Sequence record: OP360909.1
Source of the DNA: a phage
Strand: one strand, 5' to 3'
DNA: 373 nucleotides
Shown here in pieces: positions 1 to 373 of the stretch. The notes under the pieces are model-generated. The model was not told the DNA's origin. It worked only from the letters and a program-made list of their open reading frames with translations, and searched no databases. Every line of letters begins with the position of its first letter. Within the stretch, counting starts at the first letter, position 1. The position numbers were made by a program, and so were the translations under genes.

Positions 1-373
1 TGACGGCTGACGTTCTGATTTACGATATCGAGGATGCGATGAACCACTACGACGTTCGTTCTGAGTACACCTCCCAGTTGGGTGAGTCTCTGGCAATGGC
101 TGCCGATGGTGCAGTTCTGGCTGAGATTGCTGGCCTGTGTAACTTGGCGAGCGCCTCTAATGAGAACATTGAGGGTCTCGGCACTGCAACGATTATCGAA
201 GCGTCTCAGACCAAGGCTGCTCTGACCGACCAAGTTGCTCTGGGTAAAGAGATTATCGCTGCCTTGACTAAGGCTCGTGCGGCTCTTACCAAGAACTACG
301 TTCCGGCTGCTGACCGCGTATTCTACTGTGACCCAGATAGCTACTCTGCGATTCTGGCAGCACTGATGCCCAA
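1..373 (+). CDS. 10A: Major capsid protein of a T7-like phage (gp10A homolog), internal fragment, 5' and 3' partial
   Basis: Seen in sequence: the frame with codons at positions 3-5, 6-8 ... 369-371 is open across the whole window (123 complete codons, plus partial codons at 1-2 and 372-373), while the other two + frames have early stops (tga at 1-3 and at 8-10). Established knowledge: the translation matches, from memory, T7 gp10A around residues 101-224 (LLTADVLIYDIEDAMNHYDVRSEY...RVFYCDPDSYSAILAALMPN). Codon usage is strongly biased toward preferred codons (CTG, GCT, GGT/GGC, CGT/CGC, AAC, TAC, GAC), as expected for a very highly expressed phage capsid gene in an enterobacterial host. Start and stop codons lie outside the window. 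Confidence 0.95.

Noticed and set aside
1-13. Short direct repeat tgacg...tgacg (positions 1-5 and 8-12) at the start of the window.
   Set aside because: Only 5 nt, lies within the coding frame (L-T-A-D codons), and is expected by chance; not a terminal repeat or a binding-site pair.
39-368. In-frame internal ATG codons (39-41, 96-98, 366-368) as possible alternative starts.
   Set aside because: These are internal methionines conserved in the T7 capsid protein (DAMNHY, LAMAAD, ALMPN). None is preceded by a convincing ribosome-binding site.
1-373. The minus strand has a reading frame with no stop codons across the whole window (the frame that is codon-aligned antisense to the capsid frame).
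   Set aside because: It is open only because the sense strand contains no TTA, CTA or TCA codons, a side effect of the strong codon bias. It has no start context or recognisable product, and the sense frame has a clear capsid identity. Antisense open frames are a common artifact in highly biased genes.
1-373. Looked for the T7 late promoter consensus (TAATACGACTCACTATAGGGAGA), a Shine-Dalgarno plus start codon, and a terminator hairpin.
   Set aside because: None is present. The window is entirely inside the gene; the promoter and RBS of gene 10 lie upstream and the terminator downstream of this fragment.
330-373. Possibility that the programmed -1 frameshift site producing the minor capsid protein 10B lies in the window.
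   Set aside because: In T7 the 10A/10B frameshift occurs near the 3' end of 10A (around codon 341), well downstream of this fragment, which ends near codon 224. No slippery heptamer with a downstream structure is evident here.

Overview
The whole 373-nt window is an internal fragment of a single protein-coding gene on the + strand (codons in phase with position 3), truncated at both ends. The translation is TADVLIYDIEDAMNHYDVRSEYTSQLGESLAMAADGAVLAEIAGLCNLASASNENIEGLGTATIIEASQTKAALTDQVALGKEIIAALTKARAALTKNYVPAADRVFYCDPDSYSAILAALMP. I recognise this as the major capsid protein of a T7-like podophage (Autographiviridae, T7 gene 10A / gp10A family), corresponding to roughly residues 101-224 in T7 numbering. 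It is very similar to T7 gp10A as I recall it, but not identical. There are no gene boundaries, intergenic regions, RNA genes, repeats, CRISPR arrays or mobile-element ends in the window. I see no evidence of a novel or undescribed system here: this is an ordinary, well-characterised structural gene of a lytic phage. The modest points of interest are a cluster of amino-acid differences from T7 and the strongly biased codon usage.
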